This document shows, piece by piece, positions 18,827 to 27,777 of a stretch of 32,385 nucleotides of DNA. This DNA comes from Gemmatimonadota bacterium (GTDB taxonomy: Bacteria; Gemmatimonadota; Gemmatimonadetes; Gemmatimonadales; GWC2-71-9): positions 1 to 32,385 of the forward strand of contig JAYUZK010000169.1 of NCBI GenBank assembly GCA_043751835.1, given 5' to 3'. Each line of letters begins with the position of its first letter. Within the stretch, counting starts at the first letter, position 1. A program made the translations under genes and the position numbers. The notes under the pieces were generated by a model. The model made no database searches. It had not been told where the DNA came from and saw only the letters and a program-made list of their open reading frames with translations.

Positions 18827-20634
18827 GACCGGCGCCACCGCGCTGTTCGAAGGCGCCCGATCCGAGTTGTCGGGTTCTTTACCGACGCGAGTGCCGATCC
18901 CAAACGGCAGGATTTCCCCTGGAGCTTCGGCCGTCCGGCCTATGCCTTCCTGCATACCACGGTGCGCTCGAGCGATCACTTCATCAACGGGATCACGACC
19001 AAGTACACGCCGTTCCAGTGGCTCAACCTGCGGGCCACGGCGGGTCTCGATTTCCTCGGCTTCCGCGACGAGGCGCTGGCGAAGAACGGTGAATCAGCGC
19101 CGTACTATGGTTACCCGCAGGGCTTCCGAACCCTCAACAAGTTTACGACCGAGAAGTACTCGATCGACCTCGGGGCGAGTTCGACCTTCAACCTGACCAA
19201 ACAGATCTCGTCCCGAACCGCGATCGGCGCCCAATACAACAAGGACATTACCCGGGGAACGTTCAATACCGGGCGGAACCTTCCGCCCGGGAGCCAAACC
19301 TTTTCCGGGGCCTCGGTCAAGGAGTCACGCGAAGGGACCACCGAGTTCCGGACGCTCGGGTCCTACGTCGAACAGCAATTCGGCTGGAGGGAGAAGGTGT
19401 TCGTGACCGGAGCGGTCCGGGTCGACCAGAACAGCGCGTTTGGCCTCGCGAACCGGCAGGCCACCTATCCCAAGGTGTCGGCATCGTGGGTGGTGTTCGA
19501 GGGCAACAAGTGGGGCGTCAACCAGTTCCGGATCCGGAGCGCCTATGGGCAGTCCGGCCAGCAGCCTGAAGCCCTGGCGGCCCTGACATTCTTCTCGCCG
19601 GTGATCGTGGCGAGCCGGACCGGGGCCACCGGATCCGGCCTCGTGATCGGCGGACTCGGGAGCCCGACCCTCAAGCCGGAGCGATCGACGGAACTTGAAG
19701 CGGGGTTCGACCTGCGGCCTGGAACAACCGGATTACGATCGAGGCCACCTACTACCACAAGCGAACCCGCGATGCCATCATCGCACGGCCGCTGCCGGGA
19801 TCAGCCGGTGCGCTCGAGGTTCGGGCCGAAAACGTTGGCCAGGTGCTGAACAAGGGCGTCGAGCTCTCGATCCTTGCCCGGCCGGTCGAGTCACGGAACC
19901 TGACCTGGGACATCGGGATCGAGGCGGCCGCCAACAAAAATCGGCTCGAGGCGCTGGCGGGCGGCGTCCCACCACTGATCAACTTCTTCACCCAGACGGT
20001 GGTCGGCCAGCCGCTGTTTACGCCCCGCGGCATCAAACTCGAGAGCTGGGAGGACAAGAACGGCGACGGGATCATCGTGCCCAGCGAACTGGTCCTGTCC
20101 GACACGGCCGTGGGCCTGGGAAGCTCGATCCCGACCCGGACCCTGAGTTTGAGCTCGTCGATCAACTTCCCGAAGCTCCACCTTCGAATCCTGTCGCTGT
20201 TCGACTACAAGGGCGGGTTCGTCGCGACCGACGTGATCAACTCGTTCCAGTGCTTTGCGGACCAGAACTGCCGAGGGCTTCACGACCCGTCGGCGCCGCT
20301 CGAAGAGCAGGCCCGGGCGGTGGCGTCACTGACCACCGGCACCATCACCGGGTGGACGGAGAAAGCGGATTTCATCCGATTCCGGGAACTGGCCGCCAGC
20401 TTCGACTTCCCCCGGCGGTGGGCACAGGCACTTGGGATGGGGTCAGTGGCTGTAACGGGGACGGTCCGGAACCTGAAGATGTGGACCAGCTACACCGGGT
20501 ACGATCCCGAACTCTCAACCTACCAGAGCTTCACGGGTTTCGCTGATGGGGCCGGGTCGGTCAATTCATGGTCGCTGGCACAACCTCGATCGTTCGTGCT
20601 CCGGGTCAGTCTCGGGTTGGCGAACGGGAAGTAG
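18827..20634 (+). pseudogene. 5'-truncated, frameshifted TonB-dependent (SusC-like) outer-membrane receptor remnant (beta-barrel part only)
   Basis: ORF-track 18962..19849 and 19843..20634 together read as the C-terminal 550-600 residues of a TonB-dependent receptor barrel. Examples: FINGITTKYTPFQWLNLRATAGLDF; FRIRSAYGQSGQQP; LKPERSTELEAGFDL // AWNNRITIEATYYHKRTRDAII; PRSFVLRVSLGL. The frame change lies between 19699 and 19717. The first frame is open back only to the stop at 18824-18826. No signal peptide, TonB box or plug domain is present, and there is no room for one because rplM starts 260 nt upstream on the other strand. Confidence 0.7.
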
Positions 20635-20637
20635 CCC

Positions 20638-21144
20638 TCAAACGGGGGCGCGGAAGCTGATTAGCACCGCGCCCTTCTCGACCGCCTGGCCCGGGGTGGC
20701 GTGGATCTGTTCCACCACACCGGGTCCGGCGGCCCTCAATTCATTTTCCATCTTCATCGCTTCGAGCACCACGAGGCCCTGATCCGCCGTTACGGCCTGG
20801 CCCGCTTCGGCGAGGATCCGGACCACGAGACCCGGCATCGGCGCCTTGAGCGCCGCGGGCCCGGCCGCCGCCTTCCCTTCGCCGACCAGGCTCTGGATGT
20901 GGTGCGTGCGTTCGTCCACCACGTCGATCTCGAACCGGTCGCCGCGGCGCTGGACCAGCCATTTGCCGCGGGCCAGCGGCTCAACCGGCATGATCCACGA
21001 GGCGCCGTCGATCAGGAGATTCCGGACCGGGGTACCCGGCACCGGCCTCAGTTCGGCCTGATGGGCCTTGCCATTCACGAGCACGTGTTCGCCGTCGACG
21101 TCCACCTCGACCACGCGGCCGGCCACCGTCACGAGGTACTTCAT
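20638..21144 (-). CDS. Biotin carboxyl carrier (biotinyl/lipoyl-attachment) protein with a beta-rich N-terminal domain
   Basis: 168 aa. The C-terminal biotinyl domain carries VVLEAMKMENEL (AMKM biotinylation motif). An extra N-terminal sequence of about 95 aa precedes it (MKYLVTVAGRVVEVDVDGEHVLVNG...). The ATG overlaps the upstream methyltransferase stop (ATGA at 21141-21144). Confidence 0.85.
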   Translation of the reverse strand: MKYLVTVAGRVVEVDVDGEHVLVNGKAHQAELRPVPGTPVRNLLIDGASWIMPVEPLARGKWLVQRRGDRFEIDVVDERTHHIQSLVGEGKAAAGPAALKAPMPGLVVRILAEAGQAVTADQGLVVLEAMKMENELRAAGPGVVEQIHATPGQAVEKGAVLISFRAPV

Positions 21145-22370
21145 GCGCGCTCCAGGATGGCCACCGACTCGACGTGGGCCGTCTGCGGGAAGAGATCAAA
21201 GGCTTCGAGGCCGGCGAGGCGGTACCCGGCCAGGCCCCCCAGATCCCGCGCGAGCGTGGCGGCGTCGCAGGAGATGTAGACGATCCGGTCGGGCCGGCGC
21301 CGAGCCAGTTCGGCCACGACCTCGCGATGCATCCCGGTTCGGGGCGGGTTGGTCACAACGAGATCGGGACTGCCTAGCGAACCGACCACCAATTCCACCG
21401 CTCCCGCCACCCGGTCGATCCGCCGGCCGAAGTCCCGCTGCAATTCCTCCGCGACCGCCAGGGCGCCGCGATCCCACTCCACGCTCTGCACCACGGCACC
21501 GGCCTGGGCCAGCCGAGTGGAGGTCTCGCCGATTCCGGCATAGAGGTCCCAGACCCGGCGGCCGTTGACCTCACCGAGGGCTTCGATCGCCCGGGAACGA
21601 ACCCGGTCGCCCATGGCCGGATTGACCTGCTCAAACGCCGTCGCCGGGTACGCCGTCTCGGCCCCGGCCATCGCGCGGGCCGCGCCGCCGGAAGGACGCC
21701 ACCACACGGTCAACGGGGCCTCGGCCGCCACGTCGCGGTGGAGGCCCCGCCCGCCGTTCCAGATCGGACCGGGGCCCGTCTCGAAAACCAGGTGCTCACC
21801 GGCCTGTCGATCAAGCCGGAGGACGAGGCGTTCGAGCGCCCGAGGCCAGTGCCGGCGGGCCCCGCGCAGGCGCCCCCAGAGCGCGTTCAACGCCGGCGCG
21901 GCAAGGTGGCACGCCTCGAGTTCAAACACCGGCCCGCCATCCAGCGAGTGATATCCGGTCTTCCCGTCCCCGCCACGGGCGAGGGTGATCTTGGCCCGAT
22001 AGCCCCAGGGCGACACGGCCGGTTCGAGCGACGGATCGGCGTCGAGCGGGAGCTTGGCGATCCGCCGGATCGCATCACCAACGATCGAGCGCCGAGCCTC
22101 CCGCTGCCCATCCGGGGCCAGGTGCTGGAGCTGGCAGCCGCCGCAGCCGTCGCGCTCGTAGTGCGGGCAGGCCGGTTCCACCCGGCCGGGGCCCGCCTCC
22201 AGCATCTGGACGACCCGGCCGCGCGCGAACCGCGCGGCGCTCTTGGTCAAGACGATCTCGACATCGTCACCGGGCGCGGTCCGGGGAACGAACACCGCCC
22301 GGCCGTCCGCCAGCCGCCCGACGCCGTCACCACCGGCCGCGATCCGGTCAATCCGCACCTGTTCGTTCAT
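21141..22370 (-). CDS. TRAM-domain, Fe-S type SAM-dependent RNA (uracil-5-)-methyltransferase (RlmD/RumA/TrmA family)
   Basis: 409 aa. N-terminal TRAM-like barrel (GGDGVGRLADGRAVFVPRTAPGDDVEI). Cys cluster CPHYERDGCGGCQLQH plus a fourth Cys (LEACHLA), like the RumA 4Fe-4S ligands. SAM motif VWDLYAGIGETS, then TNPPRTG, catalytic Cys YISCDAATLARD, and FDLFPQTAHVESV. Confidence 0.85.
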   Translation of the reverse strand: MNEQVRIDRIAAGGDGVGRLADGRAVFVPRTAPGDDVEIVLTKSAARFARGRVVQMLEAGPGRVEPACPHYERDGCGGCQLQHLAPDGQREARRSIVGDAIRRIAKLPLDADPSLEPAVSPWGYRAKITLARGGDGKTGYHSLDGGPVFELEACHLAAPALNALWGRLRGARRHWPRALERLVLRLDRQAGEHLVFETGPGPIWNGGRGLHRDVAAEAPLTVWWRPSGGAARAMAGAETAYPATAFEQVNPAMGDRVRSRAIEALGEVNGRRVWDLYAGIGETSTRLAQAGAVVQSVEWDRGALAVAEELQRDFGRRIDRVAGAVELVVGSLGSPDLVVTNPPRTGMHREVVAELARRRPDRIVYISCDAATLARDLGGLAGYRLAGLEAFDLFPQTAHVESVAILERA

Positions 22371-22373
22371 TGC

Positions 22374-23879
22374 CTAACGAAGCCCCTCGGCCCGGCCCCG
22401 GGCGAGCCAGGCGCTCGAGGCCTGGTCGTCCACCGCGACGGCCGGCTTCTGGCGCTGGCGCCGCTCCTCCTCCGCCAGCGCCGCCACGACGGCAAGCCGC
22501 TCGATCAGTTCCTCGCCTGGCGCGGCAGGAATCAGATCCGGCCGCCGCTCGAGGAACTGGATGTCGATCCGGCCAGCCCGGAAATCGGAGTCGGCGAGCA
22601 ACCTCAGGTGGAATGGCTGGTTGGTGGCGACCCCCGTGATCACCAGTTCGGCCAAGGCCCGTTCCATCCGGACGATCGCGTCGAGGCGGGTGGCCCCGTG
22701 AACGATCAGCTTGGCCAGCATCGAATCGTAGAACAGGGTGACTTCGTCGCCGGTCTCCACCCCACTGTCCCAGCGGATCCCCGGCCCGGCCGGCGCCTTG
22801 AGATAGGTGATCCGGCCGGTCGACGGCAGGAAGTTGTTGGCGGGATCCTCGCTGGTGATCCGGCACTCGATCGCCCAGCCCCTCGGCGACAGCGACCCAG
22901 GGGCCACGGTCATCGGCAGGCCTTGGGCGATCCGGAGTTGTTCCCGAACCAGGTCGACCCCATAGACGAGCTCGGTGACCGGGTGCTCGACCTGGATCCG
23001 GGTGTTCATCTCGAGAAAAAAGAACGATCCGTCCGAGGCGAGCAAGAACTCGCAGGTCCCGGCACTCCGATAGCCCACCGCCCTCGCGGCGGCCACGGCG
23101 GCCTGCCCCATCCGCTCCCGCAGGGCCGGATCGACCGCGATGCTCGGGGCCTCCTCGAGGAGTTTCTGGTGGCGCCGCTGGACCGAGCACTCCCGTTCGC
23201 CCAAGTGGATGGTCCGCTCGTGGTCGGCAAGGATCTGGATTTCGACATGGCGGGGGCGCTCGATGAACTTCTCGAGATAGACGGCCGGGTCGCCAAAGGC
23301 TTTCTGAGCCTCAGACGCCGCCGACGCAAGCGCGGAGCCAAGGTCCGCGGCCCGGGCGACGACCCGCATCCCTTTTCCACCGCCGCCGGCCGCGGCCTTG
23401 ACGAGAACCGGATAGCCTAACGACTCCGCAACCCGCGCGGCCTCGGCGGGATCGGTGAGTGCCGTCATGGCGCCCGGGACCACCGGCACCCCGGCGGCCT
23501 GCATCCGGCGCCGGGCCTCGGTCTTGTCGCCCATGGCCTGGATGGCGGACGCGGGGGGCCCGACGAACACCAGGCCGGCCTCGACGACCGCGGCGGCGAA
23601 GGCGGCCCGTTCCGAGAGGAATCCGAACCCCGGATGAATCGCCTGGGCCCCGGTGGCCCGGGCGGCCGCGATGATCTTGTCCATCACCAGGTAGCTCTGG
23701 GCGGCCGGCGACGGCCCGATCGGAACCGCGGCATTGGCGGCCCTGACGTAGGGGGCCGATCGATCCGCCTCCGAGTAGACGGCCACGGCCTCGAGCCCCT
23801 CTTCGTGACAGGCCCGGATGATCCGGAGGGCAATTTCGCCCCGGTTGGCGACGAGAACGCGGGAGATTGGGATGGGCAT
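22374..23879 (-). CDS. Biotin carboxylase subunit of an acyl-CoA carboxylase (with a ~50-aa C-terminal tail)
   Basis: 501 aa. ISRVLVANRGEIALRIIRAC, the ATP-grasp motif KAAAGGGGKGMRVV, and EMNTRIQVEHPVTE. The extension beyond the usual ~450-aa biotin carboxylase core ends in helix-like EELIERLAVVAALAEEERRQRQ. The ATG shares 1 nt with the carboxyltransferase stop. Confidence 0.92.
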   Translation of the reverse strand: MPIPISRVLVANRGEIALRIIRACHEEGLEAVAVYSEADRSAPYVRAANAAVPIGPSPAAQSYLVMDKIIAAARATGAQAIHPGFGFLSERAAFAAAVVEAGLVFVGPPASAIQAMGDKTEARRRMQAAGVPVVPGAMTALTDPAEAARVAESLGYPVLVKAAAGGGGKGMRVVARAADLGSALASAASEAQKAFGDPAVYLEKFIERPRHVEIQILADHERTIHLGERECSVQRRHQKLLEEAPSIAVDPALRERMGQAAVAAARAVGYRSAGTCEFLLASDGSFFFLEMNTRIQVEHPVTELVYGVDLVREQLRIAQGLPMTVAPGSLSPRGWAIECRITSEDPANNFLPSTGRITYLKAPAGPGIRWDSGVETGDEVTLFYDSMLAKLIVHGATRLDAIVRMERALAELVITGVATNQPFHLRLLADSDFRAGRIDIQFLERRPDLIPAAPGEELIERLAVVAALAEEERRQRQKPAVAVDDQASSAWLARGRAEGLR

Positions 23880-25432
23880 CAGAGCGGAATGTTGCCGTGC
23901 TTCCTGGGCGGATTCCGATCCCGTTTGGTCCGGAGGGCGCGGAGGGCGTCGATCAATCGCGGCCGAGTGTCCCGGGGATCGATCACGTCATCGATGAAGC
24001 CGCGGGCCGCCGCCTTGTAGGGATTGGCGAAGGTCCTGGTGTATTCGTCGATCTTCTTCGCGGCCAGGGCGGCCGGGTCCGCGGCCTTGGCAATCTCGTC
24101 CTTGTAGAGGATCTCCACCGCGCCCTTGGGGCCCATCACCGCGATCTCGGCCGTCGGCCAGGCCAGGTTCAAGTCGGCGCGAATATGTTTCGAGTTCATC
24201 ACGTCATAGGCGCCGCCGTAGGCCTTGCGAGTGATGACCGTGAGCTTCGGCACCGTGGCTTCGCAGTAGGCGTACAGCAGCTTGGCTCCGTGCCGGATGA
24301 TGCCGCCATGCTCCTGGGTCACACCTGGAAGGAACCCAGGCACGTCCACGAAGGTCACGAGCGGGATGTTGAACGCATCGCAAAACCGGACGAACCGGGC
24401 CGCCTTGGTCGAGCTCGCGATGTCCAGGACCCCGGCCAGCACCGCGGGCTGGTTGGCCACGATGCCGACCGAGCGGCCGCCGAGCCGGGCGAAGCCGACG
24501 AGGATGTTGCCGGCAAATCCTTCGGCGATCTCGAAGAACTGCCCATGGTCCACCACCGCCCGAATGACCCGGTGCATGTCGTAGGGACTGGCCGGCGACT
24601 CCGGAATCACCTCGAGGAGCGATTCCTCGCGGCGATCCTCCGGGTCGTCGGCGGGCATCGCGGGGGGCTCGTCGAGATTGTTGGACGGCAGGTAGGTCAG
24701 GAGTTCCCGGATCGACGCCAGGCATTCCGCCTCCGAGGCAGCAACCCGATGGGCGATCCCGGACACCTCGCCGTGGACATCCGCGCCGCCGAGCTGCTCG
24801 AAGGTCACTTCCTCGTGGGTGACCGTCTTCACCACGTTCGGCCCGGTGACGAACATGTAGCTCACGCCGCGGACCATGAAGATGAAGTCGGTGATGGCGG
24901 GGCTGTAGACGGCCCCGCCGGCACAGGGCCCGAGAATGGCGGAGATCTGGGGCACGACGCCGGACGCGAGGGTGTTCCGGAGGAAGATGTCGGCGTACCC
25001 GCCGAGCGACGCGACGCCCTCCTGAATCCGGGCCCCGCCGGAATCGTTGAGGCCGACCACCGGGGCGCCGTTCTTCACCGCGAGATCCATCACCTTGCAG
25101 ATCTTCTCGGCGTGGGTTTCGGAGAGCGACCCGCCGAAGACCGTGAAGTCCTGCGAGAAGACGTAGACCAGCCGGCCCCCCACCCGGCCGGAGCCGGTCA
25201 CGACACCGTCGCCCAGGATCTGTTGCTCCGCCAGACCGAAGTCGGTGGCGCGGTGGGTGACGAACCGGTCGAGTTCGACGAAGCTCCCCTCGTCGAGGAG
25301 GAGATCGAGCCGCTCCCGGGCGGTGAGCTTGCCCTTCTTGTGCTGCTGGGCGATCCGGGCCGCCCCACCACCCTGCTCGGCCTGGGCCTGGCGGTGGTGG
25401 AGGTCGTCGAGAAGCTGCCGGGGATTGGGCAT
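23879..25432 (-). CDS. Acyl-CoA carboxylase carboxyltransferase (beta) subunit, propionyl-/methylcrotonyl-CoA carboxylase-like
   Basis: 517 aa. [26 protein letters not shown]-terminus, with GGARIQEGV and [11 protein letters not shown] motifs typical of PccB/AccD5-type carboxyltransferases. Confidence 0.92.
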   Translation of the reverse strand: MPNPRQLLDDLHHRQAQAEQGGGAARIAQQHKKGKLTARERLDLLLDEGSFVELDRFVTHRATDFGLAEQQILGDGVVTGSGRVGGRLVYVFSQDFTVFGGSLSETHAEKICKVMDLAVKNGAPVVGLNDSGGARIQEGVASLGGYADIFLRNTLASGVVPQISAILGPCAGGAVYSPAITDFIFMVRGVSYMFVTGPNVVKTVTHEEVTFEQLGGADVHGEVSGIAHRVAASEAECLASIRELLTYLPSNNLDEPPAMPADDPEDRREESLLEVIPESPASPYDMHRVIRAVVDHGQFFEIAEGFAGNILVGFARLGGRSVGIVANQPAVLAGVLDIASSTKAARFVRFCDAFNIPLVTFVDVPGFLPGVTQEHGGIIRHGAKLLYAYCEATVPKLTVITRKAYGGAYDVMNSKHIRADLNLAWPTAEIAVMGPKGAVEILYKDEIAKAADPAALAAKKIDEYTRTFANPYKAAARGFIDDVIDPRDTRPRLIDALRALRTKRDRNPPRKHGNIPL

Positions 25433-25456
25433 CGGCGTTAGGCTCCGAACTGCGGG

Positions 25457-27670
25457 CTAGAAGCCCAGCATCTGGGTGAACTTCACGATGACGCTTCGTC
25501 CCGGGGCCACGTAGGGCTCCCCGGGAACCGAGATCCGCTGCTCGTTGAATACCACGAACAGGTCGCTCAGGGGGTGGTGGATCAGGTTGAAGCGGACATT
25601 GGCGTTGAGGAGGTGGCGCTCGGGGTCATACTGCGTGAGCGCATCGAGAAACATGTTGGTTGTGAAGCTGTAGTTGGCCCGCATGGTATAGAGGGTGGCG
25701 GTGAAGTGGGCCCGGGCCGGCTGGTCGAGATCGGCCGAGGTCCGGACCACGCCGCCGGTCGCCCGGAACCGATAGTTCGGGCGCCAAGTGCCCGACAGAC
25801 TGATGGTCTTCTGCCGGCCGCTCCAGAGACCACCCGTGATCACGCGGAACGAGCTCGACAACGCCCGGCTCGGATCGGTGCTGCCGATGACCTGAGACTC
25901 GGTCCAGTCATAGCGGCCGGCCGGGATCGGCGCCACGTCGGGACTGATCGCGAACGGTTTCGCGATCACCTGGCGATTGGGGTTCAACGACAACTCGAAA
26001 TACGCCCCATTGCTCATGAAGAATGTGTAGCCGGTATGCATGTTGTAGGCGATCGACCGGCCCTGGAGATCCTGGTAAAAGTTCCAGGCGACGTGAGGGT
26101 GCATTTCCCGAACGCCATGCTGCCTGGCCCACTGCGGCCGGGGCCGGATGCCGAAGTCGAAGAGGTATTTCCGAGCGGCGGTCCGGCGGTAGTAGCCAAG
26201 GTCGTCACGGAACCCCTCGCCGATCTGGAGAACGCCCGCCTTGCCGTGGAAGAAGTTCGACTCATAGTTGAGCGACGACCGCCAGGCGTACTGCCCTCGG
26301 CTGCTGCCAGGGGCGTCGGTTCCGACCAGATAGGAATTCCAGTCGAGTTTCTTGAAGAACCGGATGTTGGCGTCGCCACCAAGAACCCGATTGTAGTCGC
26401 CCGAGGTGTCGGTGGCCTGGCGGTTGAGGAACGTCATCCCGACATCGGTCCCGCCGCCGAGGTTCCGGCGAAGGCGGACGACCCCGTAATTCGTAGCCCG
26501 GCTGGTGGCCGACCCTTTGGTCTGCATCGACAACGCGCCGATGGTGAAGCCGCCGGTTTTGCCGGTGAGGCGAATTCCCGCGGGGATGGAGATGGTCCGG
26601 CCATTCCTGTCGAGCCCGATCCGGCGGCTGAAGAAGAGCAGCAGGTCCTCGTCCGGTGTCGGCGTCGTCGTGACCCGGTTGTTCCGGGCCGCATCGCCAA
26701 CGTAGAAGGTGCCGGAGTTCTCGAGAAAGAACTCTCGTTTTTCCGGAAAGAACTGGCTGAACTGGGTGAGGTTGACCTGCTGCTCGTCCGCCTCGACCTG
26801 GGCGAAATCCGGATTGACGCTGGCATCGACGATGAGCCCGGCGCCGATGCCCGCCTTCAGGTCGAGCCCCAGGTCGGCGTTCTGGTCGAAGCCGACGGCG
26901 CCGGTCTCCCGGACCGTCCGCGCCGCCATGTAGGGCTTGAGCCGGATGTTCCGCCCCGCGCTCCGGAAGGTGAGGCCCTCGAGTTCACCGGCGAGCGACA
27001 CCCGGGCCAGGTTGTACGCGCGGGGCACCGGCGCCCAAAAGGAGATTTCGTTCCGTCGGCGGATGCGCCGGCTGAAGTTGATCCCCCATCGATGGCCAGC
27101 CGCGGGGTCGAACCGGAGCGACCGGAACGGAATCGAGAACTCCGCGATCCAGCCGTCGCTCACCACCTTCGTCTTGACGCTCCAGGCCGCATCCCAGCTG
27201 GTATTGACCTCGCGACCCTCGTTGGCCACCTGCCGGTCGGCCCGGGCGCCCGCCGGATTGGTAATGAATACGTAGCCGTTCTGGCGGTCGCCGAAGGTAT
27301 CGAGGAGAATCTCGAAGTCGTCCTGGTCGTCCTCCTTGAAATCCTTCTTGATGTCGTTCACGACCAACCGGCCGGGTTCCCGGTCATGGAGATAGGCGGC
27401 GACGTAGAGATTCCGGGTGTCGTATGCGACCCAGACCTCGGTCGGCTCGGAGGCCGGCCTGCCCTCATTCGGCTCGCTCTGCACGAAGCCCGACACCGGA
27501 CGGGTCTCACGCCAGACGGGGTCGTCCAGCACGCCGTCGATCCGAACCGACTGGGCACCCGCGACCGCAACGGCGGCGACGGATGGCCGATCGGCCGCGA
27601 CCCGCCGCAAGGCGGTGTCCGGCTTAAGGCCGGGCCCGGCCAGCGAGAGGAGCACCAACACAAGACTCAC
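25457..27670 (-). CDS. Uncharacterised outer-membrane protein: N-terminal CBM9/DOMON-like domain plus a DUF5916-like beta-barrel
   Basis: 737 aa with a GTG start and a hydrophobic N-terminus (SLVLVLLSLAG). IDGVLDDPVWRETRPVSGFVQSEPNEGRPASEPTEVWVAYDTRNLYVAAYLHD resembles the carbohydrate-binding family 9-like module found at the front of DUF5916 proteins, recalled from memory. A long region of alternating beta-strand-like sequence ends in ...FTQMLGF (C-terminal Phe, typical of outer-membrane proteins). Confidence 0.7.
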   Translation of the reverse strand: MSLVLVLLSLAGPGLKPDTALRRVAADRPSVAAVAVAGAQSVRIDGVLDDPVWRETRPVSGFVQSEPNEGRPASEPTEVWVAYDTRNLYVAAYLHDREPGRLVVNDIKKDFKEDDQDDFEILLDTFGDRQNGYVFITNPAGARADRQVANEGREVNTSWDAAWSVKTKVVSDGWIAEFSIPFRSLRFDPAAGHRWGINFSRRIRRRNEISFWAPVPRAYNLARVSLAGELEGLTFRSAGRNIRLKPYMAARTVRETGAVGFDQNADLGLDLKAGIGAGLIVDASVNPDFAQVEADEQQVNLTQFSQFFPEKREFFLENSGTFYVGDAARNNRVTTTPTPDEDLLLFFSRRIGLDRNGRTISIPAGIRLTGKTGGFTIGALSMQTKGSATSRATNYGVVRLRRNLGGGTDVGMTFLNRQATDTSGDYNRVLGGDANIRFFKKLDWNSYLVGTDAPGSSRGQYAWRSSLNYESNFFHGKAGVLQIGEGFRDDLGYYRRTAARKYLFDFGIRPRPQWARQHGVREMHPHVAWNFYQDLQGRSIAYNMHTGYTFFMSNGAYFELSLNPNRQVIAKPFAISPDVAPIPAGRYDWTESQVIGSTDPSRALSSSFRVITGGLWSGRQKTISLSGTWRPNYRFRATGGVVRTSADLDQPARAHFTATLYTMRANYSFTTNMFLDALTQYDPERHLLNANVRFNLIHHPLSDLFVVFNEQRISVPGEPYVAPGRSVIVKFTQMLGF

Positions 27671-27777
27671 GACCGGGACCTCGGAAGAGAATCGATAGGC
27701 CAGCCCGCCGGGCCGCGAAAAACGCGGCAGACCCGGTCGGGGCCCGCCGCGTTCCGCGGAACATCAAACCACACCGA

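Noticed and set aside
18727-19092. 121-aa ORF with a good GGAGGA Shine-Dalgarno sequence 10 nt upstream
   Set aside because: Pro/Arg-rich, with weak third-position G/C bias by eye. It overlaps the receptor remnant out of frame. It is mentioned in a finding but not called as a gene.
21738-23420. 560-aa plus-strand ORF antisense to the methyltransferase and biotin carboxylase genes
   Set aside because: It crosses a gene boundary on the opposite strand and is Arg/Pro/Gly-rich. The minus-strand genes carry complete catalytic motifs.
23867-25441. 524-aa plus-strand ORF antisense to the carboxyltransferase gene
   Set aside because: Mirror ORF of a full-length PccB-like protein, with no motifs of its own.
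27712-27759. Small hairpins downstream of rpsA (GCCGCG-TTTTT-CGCGGC and CCGCG-GAA-CGCGG on the minus strand) as a possible terminator
   Set aside because: The stems are only 5-6 bp, and the T-run is in the loop rather than after the stem. That is too weak to call a terminator.
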